Shown in pieces: positions 52,101 through 61,871 of a stretch of 64,000 bases of DNA. The stretch covers positions 39,959-103,958 of the forward strand of contig NMRA01000472.1 of assembly GCA_002633005.1 (NCBI GenBank). Reading direction: 5' to 3'. Position numbers and translations under genes: made by a program. This DNA is from Phoronis australis. Taxonomy: Eukaryota > Animalia > Phoronida. The notes beneath the pieces are model-generated. The model saw only the letters and a program-made list of their open reading frames with translations. It was not told the DNA's origin and did not search any database. Positions within the stretch are counted from its first letter, which is position 1; each line of letters opens with the position of its first letter.

Positions 52101-53481
52101 GCTTTCTGCTGTGAGCCCTGAACTTATTAGTTTCTGGAATTTACGATCTGGAATGAGGCTGAAGGCTTAATTACTGTTTTACATTGATCGCATCATTGTT
52201 CTACTGTTTTGCGGAAATCAATGCATCACCACGACATTTGTGGCCACATCACCACGGTGGCATTCGGTGTTGGTAAGCTTGTTGTCAAACAGTGCTTCTC
52301 AAGGAAAGCATTGACACTGACAAGGAGTTCGTCTGTCAACAATAGTCTAAGATCAGAAAATATTTTGTTGAAATAACAGTTTGGCTTTCACTAGGGGGGT
52401 TGGGGGTGATAAATGACGACGAGGAATGAAGTGCTTAATAGCTTTTCTGTTTCTCTTGCATCCGTGTTCTCTGATTATGGGACAAATGATTGTAACACAC
52501 ACCCAGGCACGCATACACACACAAGCACACACGTCACTTATCTATTTACCTATACATCAAATTGGCTGGAAATTACTGCTGAACATATTTAAGCTTTGTT
52601 TATTTTTCTCAATTTCTTAATATGTACACGTATTAATACTTCTTTGTCCGCAATGAGGATTGGAAGGAAAATTGTGCGACGTTTGGATGACTAAGGAATA
52701 GCACATTGTGCGCAAGGGAATATGTGTTTCAAAAGACGACCAACAAACGTTGTTTCCACTTTTTGATTTAAAATTTCCATCAATTTTTTTACTGTACTGG
52801 ACATGCCTTTCTTTGCCAGTTTGGAATCTACACATATTGGATTTCTTATCCCATTTCCATTGCTTTTGGGAAGTTTGTACTTGTTAATCACCGTTCTTAC
52901 TGAGAAAGTTGCGACAGCCTCCAGCGCTAAATCCTTTGAGCCACTTTCCTGTTTCTTGACGCCCCTCCCATGACTTCGCCGAGATATCGCCGGTCACTGA
53001 ATCTGGTCCCAAGGTACAAATTTCCAACTTGTCGAAGTATCTCATGAAGTCGCTGAATGACATCCTGTGATAATTGAGTTAAGAAAGTCCTAGCATAGAG
53101 TATCACAGACCGGAACTCATTCATTCACCCAAAACATGTCGAGGAATGTCCTAACTAATGCATTTGTCGGAAGTGTTCATTGACTTTCCATGCGCAGTCA
53201 GCCTAAAATATAGGGGGGCTAGAATTTTTCGGTATGCGGACCTTTTACTGAAAGAAGTTCACAAGGACTAAAAAAACGGGGCCACTAGGTTCAGGCCGAC
53301 GCACCGTGCATCCGCACCGACTTCCCGTGAATTTTATGGACTTTTGTCTCGTGTACTCGGACTTTTTGTTTCACTGAGGCGGACCTTTTTGCCCAATTCG
53401 CCAAATTGCCCCTACCCCCTCCTGGGTGCGCCTATGGTTACGTACACTGTAGTGCAAATTGTCATATATCTATACGTGTGT

Positions 53482-53519
<38 letters not shown>

Positions 53520-56500
53520 GCGTGTGCGTGTGTGTGTTAACGAAGAGGGTGCTACCAAACTGTTTGGTAGCAGCCCGCGGTCATTTTGTACACCAACATG
53601 GCCGAAAAATAATTCTAAGCAAGAAATAGCTAATAATAGCACCATTCACTATGTTGAAAATCACACGTTTCGGCTAAAGATTTTGGAATCGCTATTGATC
53701 AGTCATGAAAAACCTGTGTTGAATGAGCAGCTCACAGGTGTGTAACGCACGCTGGCTCTGTTTCGGTAGGGTTGTGGCTTCCCACCGTGTGTTGCATTCA
53801 CACTCTCTGCTATTACGCCCCCCCCTTCCCGCTGTCGCGTGTATTTCATTGTTTAATTCGCTACGTACATGTATATGATCATTCCACTTATTGCCTGATG
53901 ACGAGACATGCAGTCTCGAAACATAGCTAGTATTTTAAATAGAGAATCCAGCACGATTCTCAGGTTTATGACATGGGCAAAATCGGAAATAGCCTCGGGA
54001 TTTTGACGAAATTTCCTTGAGGTTTTGTCCATGTCATAAATATGAGACGACTGTAGGATTTGTTTTCTTAAATGAACCGTAAAACGATCTTTTTTGCTGA
54101 AAAACTCGACGTTTCTAAAATTTTCAACCACACGACGCAACACGCTTTCGCAATGTAAAGTAATTCAGTTACTTTTTGCTAATAAGTTTATTTTAAGCTT
54201 AACAATTGTAAATTGCATTCAACTTTTGTAGCAAATATTCAACTAATAAATAGTGTTTGAAGTTGTAATATTAAAACTTTAAAAAATATTATAAATAACA
54301 GCCAGCAAGGCTTACCCGCGCGTGAGCACTGAACTGACCTTGAGACAGCACAGCTAGACAGTCTCACCGCGTTTCTTGAGTTTGGCTCTTCTCCGTTTGA
54401 ATGAACGTGGGTATGGAATTCGCCGCTGAAGATGGGTCCGTATAAGAAGTTGTTTGCATGTCATTCCGATTGGGAGTGTGTACACTTGCGACACCCGATT
54501 TGTCAGTCATAACCTTGTCACCTCGGAATTCCGGCATTGTTTGATTGGCGCTCGTTTGGTTGTTTTAGTGTTTTGCAGACGATAAAATGTGTGGCATATG
54601 GATTTCTACTTTGCACCACTTTGTGATTTGCAAATGTAATATAAAAAATTACGTACTTGGTGTTATTAACCAGTCGTGTCTTAACACATTCCAGGTCATG
54701 TGAGAATTTGTTTGTTCGTTATGTCTCTTGGTGTTTTCACACCTAGCCCGGAGAGAATGTTGAGAGTTGTTGCTGTTATTTCACACAAAAAGTACATAGG
54801 CAAATCTAATGCAGCATAAGATAACACTATCTAAAAGTAAGAATCAACACGGAATTCAGCAGTACGAAAAATATCACCAAAAAGAAAAAAAAAACAACAC
54901 ACAGAGCTAAGCAGACAGAAACACAGAATCCCTATTAAAACTTCTCCAGGTAAGCTTTCTAAAGTAATTCACAAGAGAGATACAACATTTAAATATTTTC
55001 ACCAGTTTCTTTAGTTTTGAAAATTATCAATTCCCACAAAATGCCTTTTACATTAAAATCGTTGTCTAACTAAATAAAGAATTTACCCGACGTTTGACAC
55101 GACTTTTCAAAGTACGAGATACCAAAAGCTGGTAACTTACCAAAATTCACCATCATCTTCAAAGGTTAGCCCCATTTTTCGCTTTTCAGAGTCGCTCAAT
55201 CCCCTCCACTCGCTAGACCTGGAAATAGATCGTTTCTTAAGATGCAGCATATGCACGCATAAGGTCTGATTGATTTTTTGTGAGATATGAAGCAAGGTAC
55301 GTGGATTCCAGTCCCGCTCCCCTTGACGTGTACTGAGCTAACCTGAGCAACGTGCCGAGTAAACAATAAGATTTATCATATTAGCTTGTATCGACAGGAA
55401 AAAATCTTCAAATAGAACAAACACCGAATTCAATCCCACAATTCGTCAATTCAGCCCCATCGACAAATCACTTCAGTTGCTACGATAGGCCAATTAGCTT
55501 CCGAGAAAACTTGCGAAACACTAGCTCGCTTTTCATTCGTGTAATTTTGCGAGGTTTTGTGAGATCTTACTTTCTTGCAAGAAACGCTCTTCGTGTACTT
55601 TTCAACGGAAGTGCGTGTGAGGTTTGTAAGTTCTAATGCTGGCGTGCGTACAGTAACGCCAGGACCTACACCAACACCTTGCTAAAATCTATCCAAAGTC
55701 ACGTGATCTCATTTAAAATACACGGCAATATCTCACGTAATCTCGCGAAGTCTTGCTTTTTAACGAGGTCCTCGCATTACTGAACGGGAGGCTGGTTTTG
55801 TACATGCAAACAAAGAGCAACGCATACACGACCATCTTGTGAATTATACGCAGTCTTCGTTACTCACGGTAGATTAAAAGTCATTTATGCGTGTACCTAG
55901 GACTATTAGCATCTATTTCTAGAAGTAGTCTCCACTTCTGCCGCGGCTACCAACAAACAGCACACATACCAGGCATTTACTTCGAAAACCAACAATAGTG
56001 TTTATTCTATATACGGATTTTGGTCAGAATCATATTTGCATGTTGCCAAATATGGGTGTAAGGTTATCATTACCTCACAATCTCGGACATCGAAAGCAAT
56101 GCCAAGTGATCATTTATAGTTTTGGTAACTGGATTTTATGACTAGCTGCAACTACTCTCAGTCATGTTTTTTCAATCTCGATTTAGTACGATTTTTGTCG
56201 AACTATTTTTGAACGGACTCACCAATGTCGCCCATCCCTTCCACAGGTTACAAAAGTGTCCATACTTGAAAATGAAAAAGCATTTAGGCCATACCGCAAG
56301 GAGCCAATTCCAATAGCACCCCACAATAACCTAATGGAACTTTATGTGTTTATGCATGAACATTGAAAATAGAACAGGGGCAATGGGAAGACAAAAAAAA
56401 ACGTACGATTAATTCAATTTCGATGTGCTTGTTAATAAGCGAGACATTTTGAAGGCGTGACAGGACATGTGCCAAAGATTAAGAGCCCGAAGCCCCATTA

Positions 56501-59500
56501 AAAGCTGGATAGTTGGCAAGTATACCTTGTTTGGCACTTCTTGGTGAGCTGACTCGCTGGTCAAGCTGATATCGTCACCTGGTGAATGAGATACAAGAGC
56601 AATCTCAAAGTAGAGGTACCTATGTTAGCTATGGAGGTGGATTTCGAGAGGGACTTACTTGTCACCCCACGCCCCATCCCATTCTCTCTCGTTTTCCCAT
56701 GGGTTACGGACACGTACAAGTTCCACGCTGTTGCCACGAAAGTTCACAGACGTTGCACCCGTGACGCTATATGGATGACCTTTAATCAGACCGTGATCGG
56801 CTTTTGCTTGAATTTCATTTGGAGCCGCCTGAAATGTGACATGAAAGCACTGTAAAGCTTAAAGGTGAAGGCAACCTTTTTTCATGTCATTTTTAGCAAA
56901 AATAATGTTCGTTGATTATCCCAGGCGTGTTTTTCACTCATTTACTGCTTTTCGTAATTACTCTCCGCTTACACGCGCAGAGTACTGTTGTTCCTGGGTT
57001 TTCTTCAATTTTATTACTGTGCGCGTGTAAGCGCAGAGTACTGTTGTTCCTGGGTTTTCTTCAATTTTATTACTCTGCACGTGTAAGCGCAGAGTACTGT
57101 TGTTCCTGGGTTTTCTTCAATTTTATTATTATTCTTATTCTTATTCTTATTCTTCTTATTCTTCTTCCGACCATCTTTGAGGCTTAATAACTCCAAATTG
57201 GGTGCAGGTACGGTCTTTAAATTCAGCATATGACTTTTGACAGTATATAAATTTTGATTGGTTATATAATCATATTCCATATTGCACCGGAAAAGGTCGT
57301 TTGGTGCAAAGGTCATATAATTTTCAAAATGCTACTCCTCCTTCAGTTTTAAAGCTATCTTTTTCAAATTCGGTGCACAGGTATAAGTCAACATGACAAT
57401 TTAAAAAATTACTTTTCTAAGTAATCGGGTCATCNNNNNNNNNNNNNNNNNNNNNNNNNNNNNNNNNNNNNNNNNNNNNNNNNNNNNNNNNNNNNNNNNN
57501 NNNNNNNNNNNNNNNNNNNNNNNNNNNNNNNNNNNNNNNNNNNNNNNNNNNNNNNNNNNNNNNNNNNNNNNNNNNNNNNNNNNNNNNNNNNNNNNNNNNN
57601 NNNNNNNNNNNNNNNNNNNNNNNNNNNNNNNNNNNNNNNNNNNNNNNNNNNNNNNNNNNNNNNNNNNNNNNNNNNNNNNNNNNNNNNNNNNNNNNNNNNN
57701 NNNNNNNNNNNNNNNNNNNNNNNNNNNNNNNNNNNNNNNNNNNNNNNNNNNNNNNNNNNNNNNNNNNNNNNNNNNNNNNNNNNNNNNNNNNNNNNNNNNN
57801 NNNNNNNNNNNNNNNNNNNNNNNNNNNNNNNNNNNNNNNNNNNNNNNNNNNNNNNNNNNNNNNNNNNNNNNNNNNNNNNNNNNNNNNNNNNNNNNNNNNN
57901 NNNNNNNNNNNNNNNNNNNNNNNGCCAATTTCTTTTCATATAGTCTGGCTGTGAGAGCAGTCGAGTCAGTCATTCTTTTACCTCGGTTGTGGTAAGTTCG
58001 GTCGTCGTTTGCTTTTGCTTACGAGTCAGTCAACATGCCACGCTGTTGCTGCGTACTGGGGTGTACTCATTATCGTCTCACGTACAGAGGAAGAACTGTC
58101 CCACTTGCTCGAGTGTTCGGCGACACACCCCCACTGGAGGGTGATCTGAGCACCCAAACTGCTTACATCCCGCCGTGTGACTCCCTCGTCACACACCTGG
58201 CACCTTCCAAATAGCTCCAATACAAGTCCACAATATCAAACTTACGCTCACCAATCCATTCATTGGATGACGAACTGTCCTCTTCACTGGGTGTCGAACT
58301 GGGCCTGTATTCACTCCCACTACAACATCGCTGCAGGGCTGCTTCCAGGCTATGCCGGGGCTAGAGACAACAACACAGGGCGAATCACTGATAGTTCCCG
58401 GAATTGCACCCAATGGAGTACATTCGGAGGCACGGGTGACAGTAGATGAAGTGCCTTCAGTCACTGTATATAGTGGCCATAGCTCGCGAGGCTTCTCGCT
58501 TCAAAAACGCACTTCTCGGGGTTGGCGACTGGGCACTGCCGGGAATCAACAGCGACGATATGGTACCCTTCTTCAGGCTTTCGCAGGGACCTTCATCAAT
58601 TCAGCGTATATATCTCTGTCATAATCTGACTGCAGAAAATGCTTGCCACACACTCGGTAACCCTCCACTGCTTTGTACTTTGCGTGGACGGGTAGCGCTG
58701 CGTTCTTCACATGAACGAGCTAGTCAAGTACGGCGAAGTGTGTCATCCTTCGGAAAGCGACGCAAGATACCCAAAGCGCGTGTGAGACGATAATGAGTAC
58801 ATCCCGGCACGCAGCAACAGCGTGGCATGTTGACTGACTTGTAAACAAAAGCAAACGACGACCGAACTTGTCACATCCGAGGTAGAACAATGACTGACTC
58901 GACAGCTCTCACCGTCAGACTATAATGAAAAGAAATTGACGCGAAACTCTTGCCTCCCAAAACGTCACTTCCGGAGTAGAGGACGAGAAATTAATCAAAT
59001 TACGAAAATCTGTAATTAAGTGAAAAATGTGTGGGATAATCAACGAACCTTATTTTTCCTAAAAGTGAATAAAAGGTTGCCTTCGCCTTTAACATTTAAT
59101 GTCGGTAATGCAAATTAAATACAAAGGTTACAACGTAACTACGGAGAGCGCTTATATTTCGGGTGTTTAAAGCTACCTTTGGCAAGATTTGACTGAGTAA
59201 AGACGACAAAGAGACAGTTTACTAAATAAAACTTTGCCTTGAAGGCATTCTATTTCCGTCACCTAATTCAATTTTCGGTTTTAACATCTGATAGGGCGAG
59301 ACGCAGCTTTAAAGAACATTTTTTAAAGTGTAATCCAATAACAATTGTTTTTTTCTTAAACTAACAAATTTTGTTTAGAACACAAATGCTGCAAGTAACG
59401 TATAGACGAGTTACACAGCGGAAAATCCTGCAAGGTGTGTCGTCTAGGAGGCGGTTTCAAAAATAACACAGACATCCCTGATTTTCGGGGTCCACTGTAC

Positions 59501-61871
59501 AGTGGTATAAAGCTGTCTTCAACTTACGTTGATTGAGCATCCCATTAGCGAGCCTCGCCTCAAAGACTTCTGTATTATCGTGAACACGCCAGATGGATCC
59601 TTTTTCAAATCAACTGTCTGAGATAACCCACCCGTGAGGTCCTCCATGGCTTCTATGGTTTGGCCGCCCTTCAGCGCCTCATAGGAGCCTACAAGTCTGT
59701 GACAATGGAGTACTCAAATTGAATACAACGTTGCTGTTTGACATTAACAGTCAGTCTACTGGGACACTTGGATTCACGTTTGAAAATTGCTCACATTTAG
59801 AGAGAGAGAGAGTGTGTGCCAGAGAATGTTTCACAATAACCTACAACCAAAATCGTGAATAAGGTCGCTCATTTTATATTTGGTGGCGCCTGGCTTAATT
59901 ACTGCAAAATAGCTAGTACATTGAGCAACTATGGAAAACTTTTGGTAGATAAGTCACCGTTTTCACATTTAACCCGATCTTAACGGAAAATGAAGCTATG
60001 CAAGAAAAGCTTTATCAATGTTAAACTAACCAGTGAACTCCATTCGGTTCATGGTTTCATCATTTAAAACTTGGCAGGCTAACTCGGCGTACGGAAGAAC
60101 CAAACAAGTAAAAAATGAGGTCCATCCCAAAATATGAACCAAAACTGCTTTGTTAAAATGGTGCTGCATGGGTTTTAAGTTGAGTTAATCGACATCTTTG
60201 ACATCGAATCACACGATCACCTTGTGACATAACGAGGAAGCATTTAACTATGAAAATACCTTAGTATCTCACGGAAAGGGTCCATTTTACAACGAAAGGA
60301 GATTGAATCATTTCTAGGTGAAATAACCAAAATAACCGTCAGCGTTCGTTCAAGTACACTGTGTTCACTCACTTGGCGTAGGCCTTCTCCAGCAAAGGAC
60401 TCCAAAACTCATTCTTGGACTCGGAGTGCAGGAACACCATCTTATTATTGTACGTCGGCAGACGGTCATCAACAACCACTTCTACCCACTTGCCGTACTG
60501 CCAAAAGTGGAATACGAACATACCACAGTAGTCCTTGTCAAATGACTGGTGAGGTGGCACGACACGATAGAGCAATTTTTCTTCAAGCGTAAGCGACGAG
60601 ATTGCAGCTAAAAGCCAGCTGTCGCCTGCGAACGAGTAAAAGGAGTCCATAGTACTTTCCTTCAGAACAGAAAACGGGTTTGGAGAAGGGCTCCTGCACA
60701 TGATAACGCTCAGGCCATCCCGGTTCAGATTCAGGAGCAAGAAAACGTGTCACCTTTAAGGTAACTGACTAACTTCGGTAACAAGGACCAATTTCTTTTA
60801 TTATTTTCCGAATCGCTTAGATTCAAACCTTCAAACGACACATTCTTTGGTGAGCAACTTTTTCCTGCATGAAATCGGATGAACGCATTTCCTATCTTTC
60901 TAGTCACGTAATTGAGTTTTTTTCAAAAATGTATCTTCCTGCGTTTTGCTCGGACGTAATTCTAACCTTGAGGGAATATTCAATCACTACGGGAGGGTAA
61001 TTTTAAGACTTGATGAGAGCAATTTTGTGTGATTTTCAAATACTTTTTCATAGAGGAATATATTCGCCCTCCAAAATCGAGGCATTGAAGGCCCTGGCTT
61101 TACAGGTTTTCTTCTTAACCTGGTCTGAAACATCATCTATGTGGGATAGTCATTGATGTTGTACAGCACAGAGAAAGAGCACAGTTTGTGAAAATTGTCA
61201 AAATCGAGCTGCCCATAAAAAAATGCGTTTCATCCGAGAGCACTCGCTACAAGGACTTTGCTCCAGGCAATAGTTCGCCGGGAATTTTTAACGGCGGTGA
61301 CCTGTTCAGACTCTAGTATGGAAAGGTGCTGTGTCACAACGATGACGTCAATATTCCAGTCGAGGCTGATTTTTCAAGAAGATGAAGGACGTTCCCCACG
61401 TGGGGAGATAAAATGAGAGGCAAAATGCGTCGTAATTAATTAGTGACTGTGTGCAATAAAAGAAATCAACATATGTGTTGCACACGAAAGTGCATATATG
61501 TTTAACATGTCTAAAAGACATTTGGCCTATGTTTTTCAAACTTTAGCTAGTTTAGATTTGTTTATTCTCTCTATTTCTTGCTTATCTAGTACTTTCTTTT
61601 AGTTGCGAAGAGTCAATTTGATATAGCAGTAATTGCCAATAATCGGTCCCACAGCCCGGCACCGCCGCCGACGCATCATTGTTAATGTTTACGTAAACAA
61701 TTTCCTCTGAAAATTATGGACAGCCGTTGCCGGGTGTGGGACGCTCACGTACACTGTACCTGCTAAGTATCAATGTATAAAGTGCATATTGAAGCACCCA
61801 CCTAACATCCCTTGATTGACATCGAATCGACTGGCTCCTCCAACGAACATTTGTGGATTATCGACTATTTC
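16159..61871 (-). CDS. Classical calpain-family gene (CysPc, C2-like domain III, penta-EF-hand); multi-exon, 5'-partial; catalytic Cys replaced by Ser
   Basis: 16 exons, all GT-AG with compatible phases: 61871-61802, 60625-60373, 59696-59528, 56828-56659, 55218-55141, 53064-52901, 48973-48810, 39403-39186 (or its copy 36981-36764), 33314-33278, 31006-30871, 26416-26358, 25599-25531, 24348-24270, 22213-22097, 19074-19016, 16185-16159. Total 1869 nt = 622 codons + TAG. Calpain motifs include [75 protein letters not shown] and the EF-hands. No first exon found in 62-64 kb. Confidence 0.95.
16232..16425. repeat. Dispersed repeat, inverted relative to 20832-21022
   Basis: About 190 nt of visible reverse-complement similarity, e.g. 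accattgtagtttgg / ccaaactacaatggt and aattcgtgcaag / cttgcacgaatt. Confidence 0.75.
16573..16759. repeat. 30-bp minisatellite, ~6.2 copies (TATCCTACATGCATAGGAATACTACTGCCA)
   Basis: Near-perfect tandem array with one variant base in the first unit. Confidence 0.97.
19016..19074 (-). CDS. Calpain EF-hand 5 exon ([19 protein letters not shown]), 59 nt
   Basis: ctttttgtag|GG AAT...GAC GAG|gtacgc. Confidence 0.9.
19175..19340. repeat. (TGTA)n/(TG)n microsatellite
   Basis: Direct reading. Confidence 0.9.
19790..20198. mobile_element. MITE (family of 7072-7783), preceded by a 32-bp tandem duplication at 19726-19792
   Basis: Inverted ends tgcatg...agtcctaaat / atttgggact...catgca; internal similarity to the 7.1-7.8 kb copy. 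Confidence 0.55.
20832..21022. repeat. Dispersed repeat, inverted relative to 16232-16425
   Basis: Reverse-complement similarity to 16232-16425. Confidence 0.75.
22097..22213 (-). CDS. Calpain EF-hand 4 exon ([38 protein letters not shown]), 117 nt
   Basis: tctttcag|GT ATC...AAA G|gtatgc; lies in ORF 22044-22283. Confidence 0.93.
24270..24348 (-). CDS. Calpain EF-hand 3 exon ([27 protein letters not shown]), 79 nt
   Basis: cgtttcag|AAA ATA...CAA G|gtctga. Confidence 0.93.
25531..25599 (-). CDS. Calpain EF-hand 2 exon ([23 protein letters not shown]), 69 nt
   Basis: ctctcag|GAA GAC...CAG ATG|gtatgt. Confidence 0.93.
25600..26357 (-). other. U12-type (minor spliceosome) GT-AG intron, 758 nt
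   Basis: 5' splice site GTATCCTT. Branch sequence TTACCTTAAC (25620-25611) ends 11 nt before the exon, with little pyrimidine tract. Confidence 0.92.
26358..26416 (-). CDS. Calpain exon ([20 protein letters not shown]), 59 nt
   Basis: attttag|TA ATG...ATA GAC|gtatcctt; matches the calpain FSxExCRS motif. Confidence 0.92.
26425..26650. repeat. Degenerate (AATAC)n microsatellite immediately upstream of a calpain splice acceptor
   Basis: Direct reading. Confidence 0.85.
27258..27412. mobile_element. Short hAT-like MITE
   Basis: TIR CAGTGGCGGATT / AATCCGCCGCTG; no clear TSD. Confidence 0.6.
30871..31006 (-). CDS. Calpain EF-hand 1 exon (FQKPTP...[20 protein letters not shown]...), 136 nt
   Basis: tgtttcag|TTC CAA...AAG A|gtaagc; lies in ORF 30755-31093. 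Confidence 0.92.
33278..33314 (-). CDS. Calpain linker micro-exon ([13 protein letters not shown]), 37 nt
   Basis: ttctcattccag|T TCC...CGC AAG|gtaagt; bridges phase 2 to phase 0, as the flanking exons require. Confidence 0.85.
33328..33956 (-). mobile_element. 3' end of a CR1/L2-group LINE running into the gap
   Basis: ORF2 C-terminus HEHYTRQ...HSLSS...CTIPNCFVC, a 3' UTR, AATAAA (33363-33358) and a (TAC)8 tail. Confidence 0.8.
33957..34540. other. Assembly gap
   Basis: Run of N. Confidence 1.
36764..36981 (-). CDS. Calpain domain III exon, copy A (VTDDDL...PSTFDP...), 218 nt; allelic or tandem duplicate
   Basis: Same splice sites as copy B. Three substitutions: GTG/ATG, GAT/GAG and a silent GGT/GGC. 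Confidence 0.75.
39186..39403 (-). CDS. Calpain domain III exon, copy B (MTDDDL...FINSREV...PSTFEP...YSEKPVSL), 218 nt
   Basis: tttttag|ATG ACT...CTC AG|gtttgt. Confidence 0.92.
39690..43010 (+). mobile_element. Degenerate CR1/L2-group LINE ORF2 (APE endonuclease + RT), antisense in a calpain intron
   Basis: [96 protein letters not shown]; many stops and frameshifts. Confidence 0.92.
43011..43219 (+). mobile_element. Fragment of a different LINE (start of an APE domain), truncated at the N join
   Basis: [18 protein letters not shown] resembles the W-N-I-x-G-L start of an APE endonuclease; absent from the duplicate at 43221-44010. Confidence 0.45.
43221..44007 (+). repeat. Duplicate of 42221-43010 (LINE 3' end) after the single N at 43220
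   Basis: Colinear, with a few SNPs and indels. Confidence 0.93.
45060..47300 (+). mobile_element. Degenerate L1/Tx1-type LINE RT region
   Basis: [82 protein letters not shown]; multiple lesions. Confidence 0.88.
48810..48973 (-). CDS. Calpain domain III exon (TFATNPQF...EDTDDDTDD...IGYSIYK), 164 nt
   Basis: acttcag|AT ACC...TAC AAG|gtaaat; lies in ORF 48768-49025. Confidence 0.94.
50925..51390. repeat. Two diverged ~200-280-nt tandem units, each internally palindromic (MITE/satellite-like)
   Basis: ccgaggaccaccaaga, taagggtca and ctttttggccgcttt occur in both units; ccacttttgaggcctaaaatg is inverted against cattttgagcctcacaagtgg. Confidence 0.6.
52901..53064 (-). CDS. Calpain exon ([18 protein letters not shown]...SAGGCRNFL), 164 nt
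   Basis: atcacag|G ATG TCA...CTC A|gtaaga. Confidence 0.94.
53476..53537. repeat. (TG)n/(TGCGTG)n microsatellite
   Basis: Direct reading. Confidence 0.95.
53610..53945 (+). mobile_element. Penelope-like element 3' remnant (GIY-YIG C-terminus) followed by a hammerhead-like core
   Basis: [20 protein letters not shown] matches the E-x-x-x-I...P-x-L-N end of PLE endonucleases; CTGATGA-stem-GAAAC lies about 150 nt downstream. Confidence 0.65.
53885..53940 (+). ncRNA. Hammerhead ribozyme-like motif, probably degenerate
   Basis: CTGATGA (53895-53901), extra C, stem GAGAC/GTCTC, GAAAC (53918-53922), palindromic TAGCTA; stems I and III imperfect. Confidence 0.5.
55141..55218 (-). CDS. Calpain exon ([26 protein letters not shown]), 78 nt
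   Basis: tttccag|G TCT...TTT TG|gtaagt. Confidence 0.94.
55642..55791. mobile_element. 150-bp Harbinger-like MITE, opposite orientation to the 10656-10805 copy
   Basis: GCGTGCGTACAGTAA...TTACTGAACGGGAGG flanked by CTG on both sides. Confidence 0.8.
56659..56828 (-). CDS. Calpain exon with catalytic His and Asn ([11 protein letters not shown]...[19 protein letters not shown]), 170 nt
   Basis: atttcag|GCG GCT...GAC AA|gtaagt. Confidence 0.95.
56959..57434. mobile_element. Nested non-autonomous element (Helentron/HINE-like by structure) with a triplicated 56-bp terminal unit and (TTATTC)n
   Basis: Interrupts the Kolobok TIR at a TT. Each 56-bp unit starts with a 26-nt hairpin and a microsatellite follows. 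The other end is lost in the gap. Family assignment is inference. Confidence 0.55.
57435..57923. other. Assembly gap
   Basis: Run of N. Confidence 1.
59528..59696 (-). CDS. Calpain exon ([23 protein letters not shown]...GSLMGCSIN), 169 nt
   Basis: cacag|A CTT GTA...ATC AAC|gtaagt. Confidence 0.95.
60373..60625 (-). CDS. Calpain exon (G-DSWLLAA...[13 protein letters not shown]), 253 nt; nucleophile position is Ser
   Basis: ttcgcag|GC GAC AGC TGG...GCC AA|gtgagt; lies in ORF 60369-60740. Confidence 0.96.
61802..61871 (-). CDS. Calpain exon ([24 protein letters not shown]), 70 nt
   Basis: ttttgcag|GAA...TTAG|gtgggt; contains the oxyanion-hole Gln. Confidence 0.93.

Larger units (their letters stand above)
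56863..59088 (-). mobile_element. Second Kolobok-like THAP element, with a nested insertion and a gap in one TIR
   Basis: TTAA TSD (56859-56862 and 59089-59092); colinear with 12568-13896; THAP ATG at 58828; downstream [10 protein letters not shown]...[14 protein letters not shown] Cys/His motif. Confidence 0.85.

Noticed and set aside
52225-52280. TTVAFGVG peptide resembling a RecQ helicase motif
   Set aside because: Only eight residues, with no other helicase motifs recognisable nearby.
56526-56578. Possible 53-nt calpain micro-exon (accag|GTGACG...CAAG|gtatac)
   Set aside because: It gives an immediate TGA in the required phase, and the flanking exons join correctly without it. A poison exon cannot be supported without RNA data.
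16159-61871. Calling the calpain a pseudogene because of the Cys-to-Ser change
   Set aside because: The frame, splice sites and U12 signals are all intact, with no nonsense or frameshift lesion in the traced exons.
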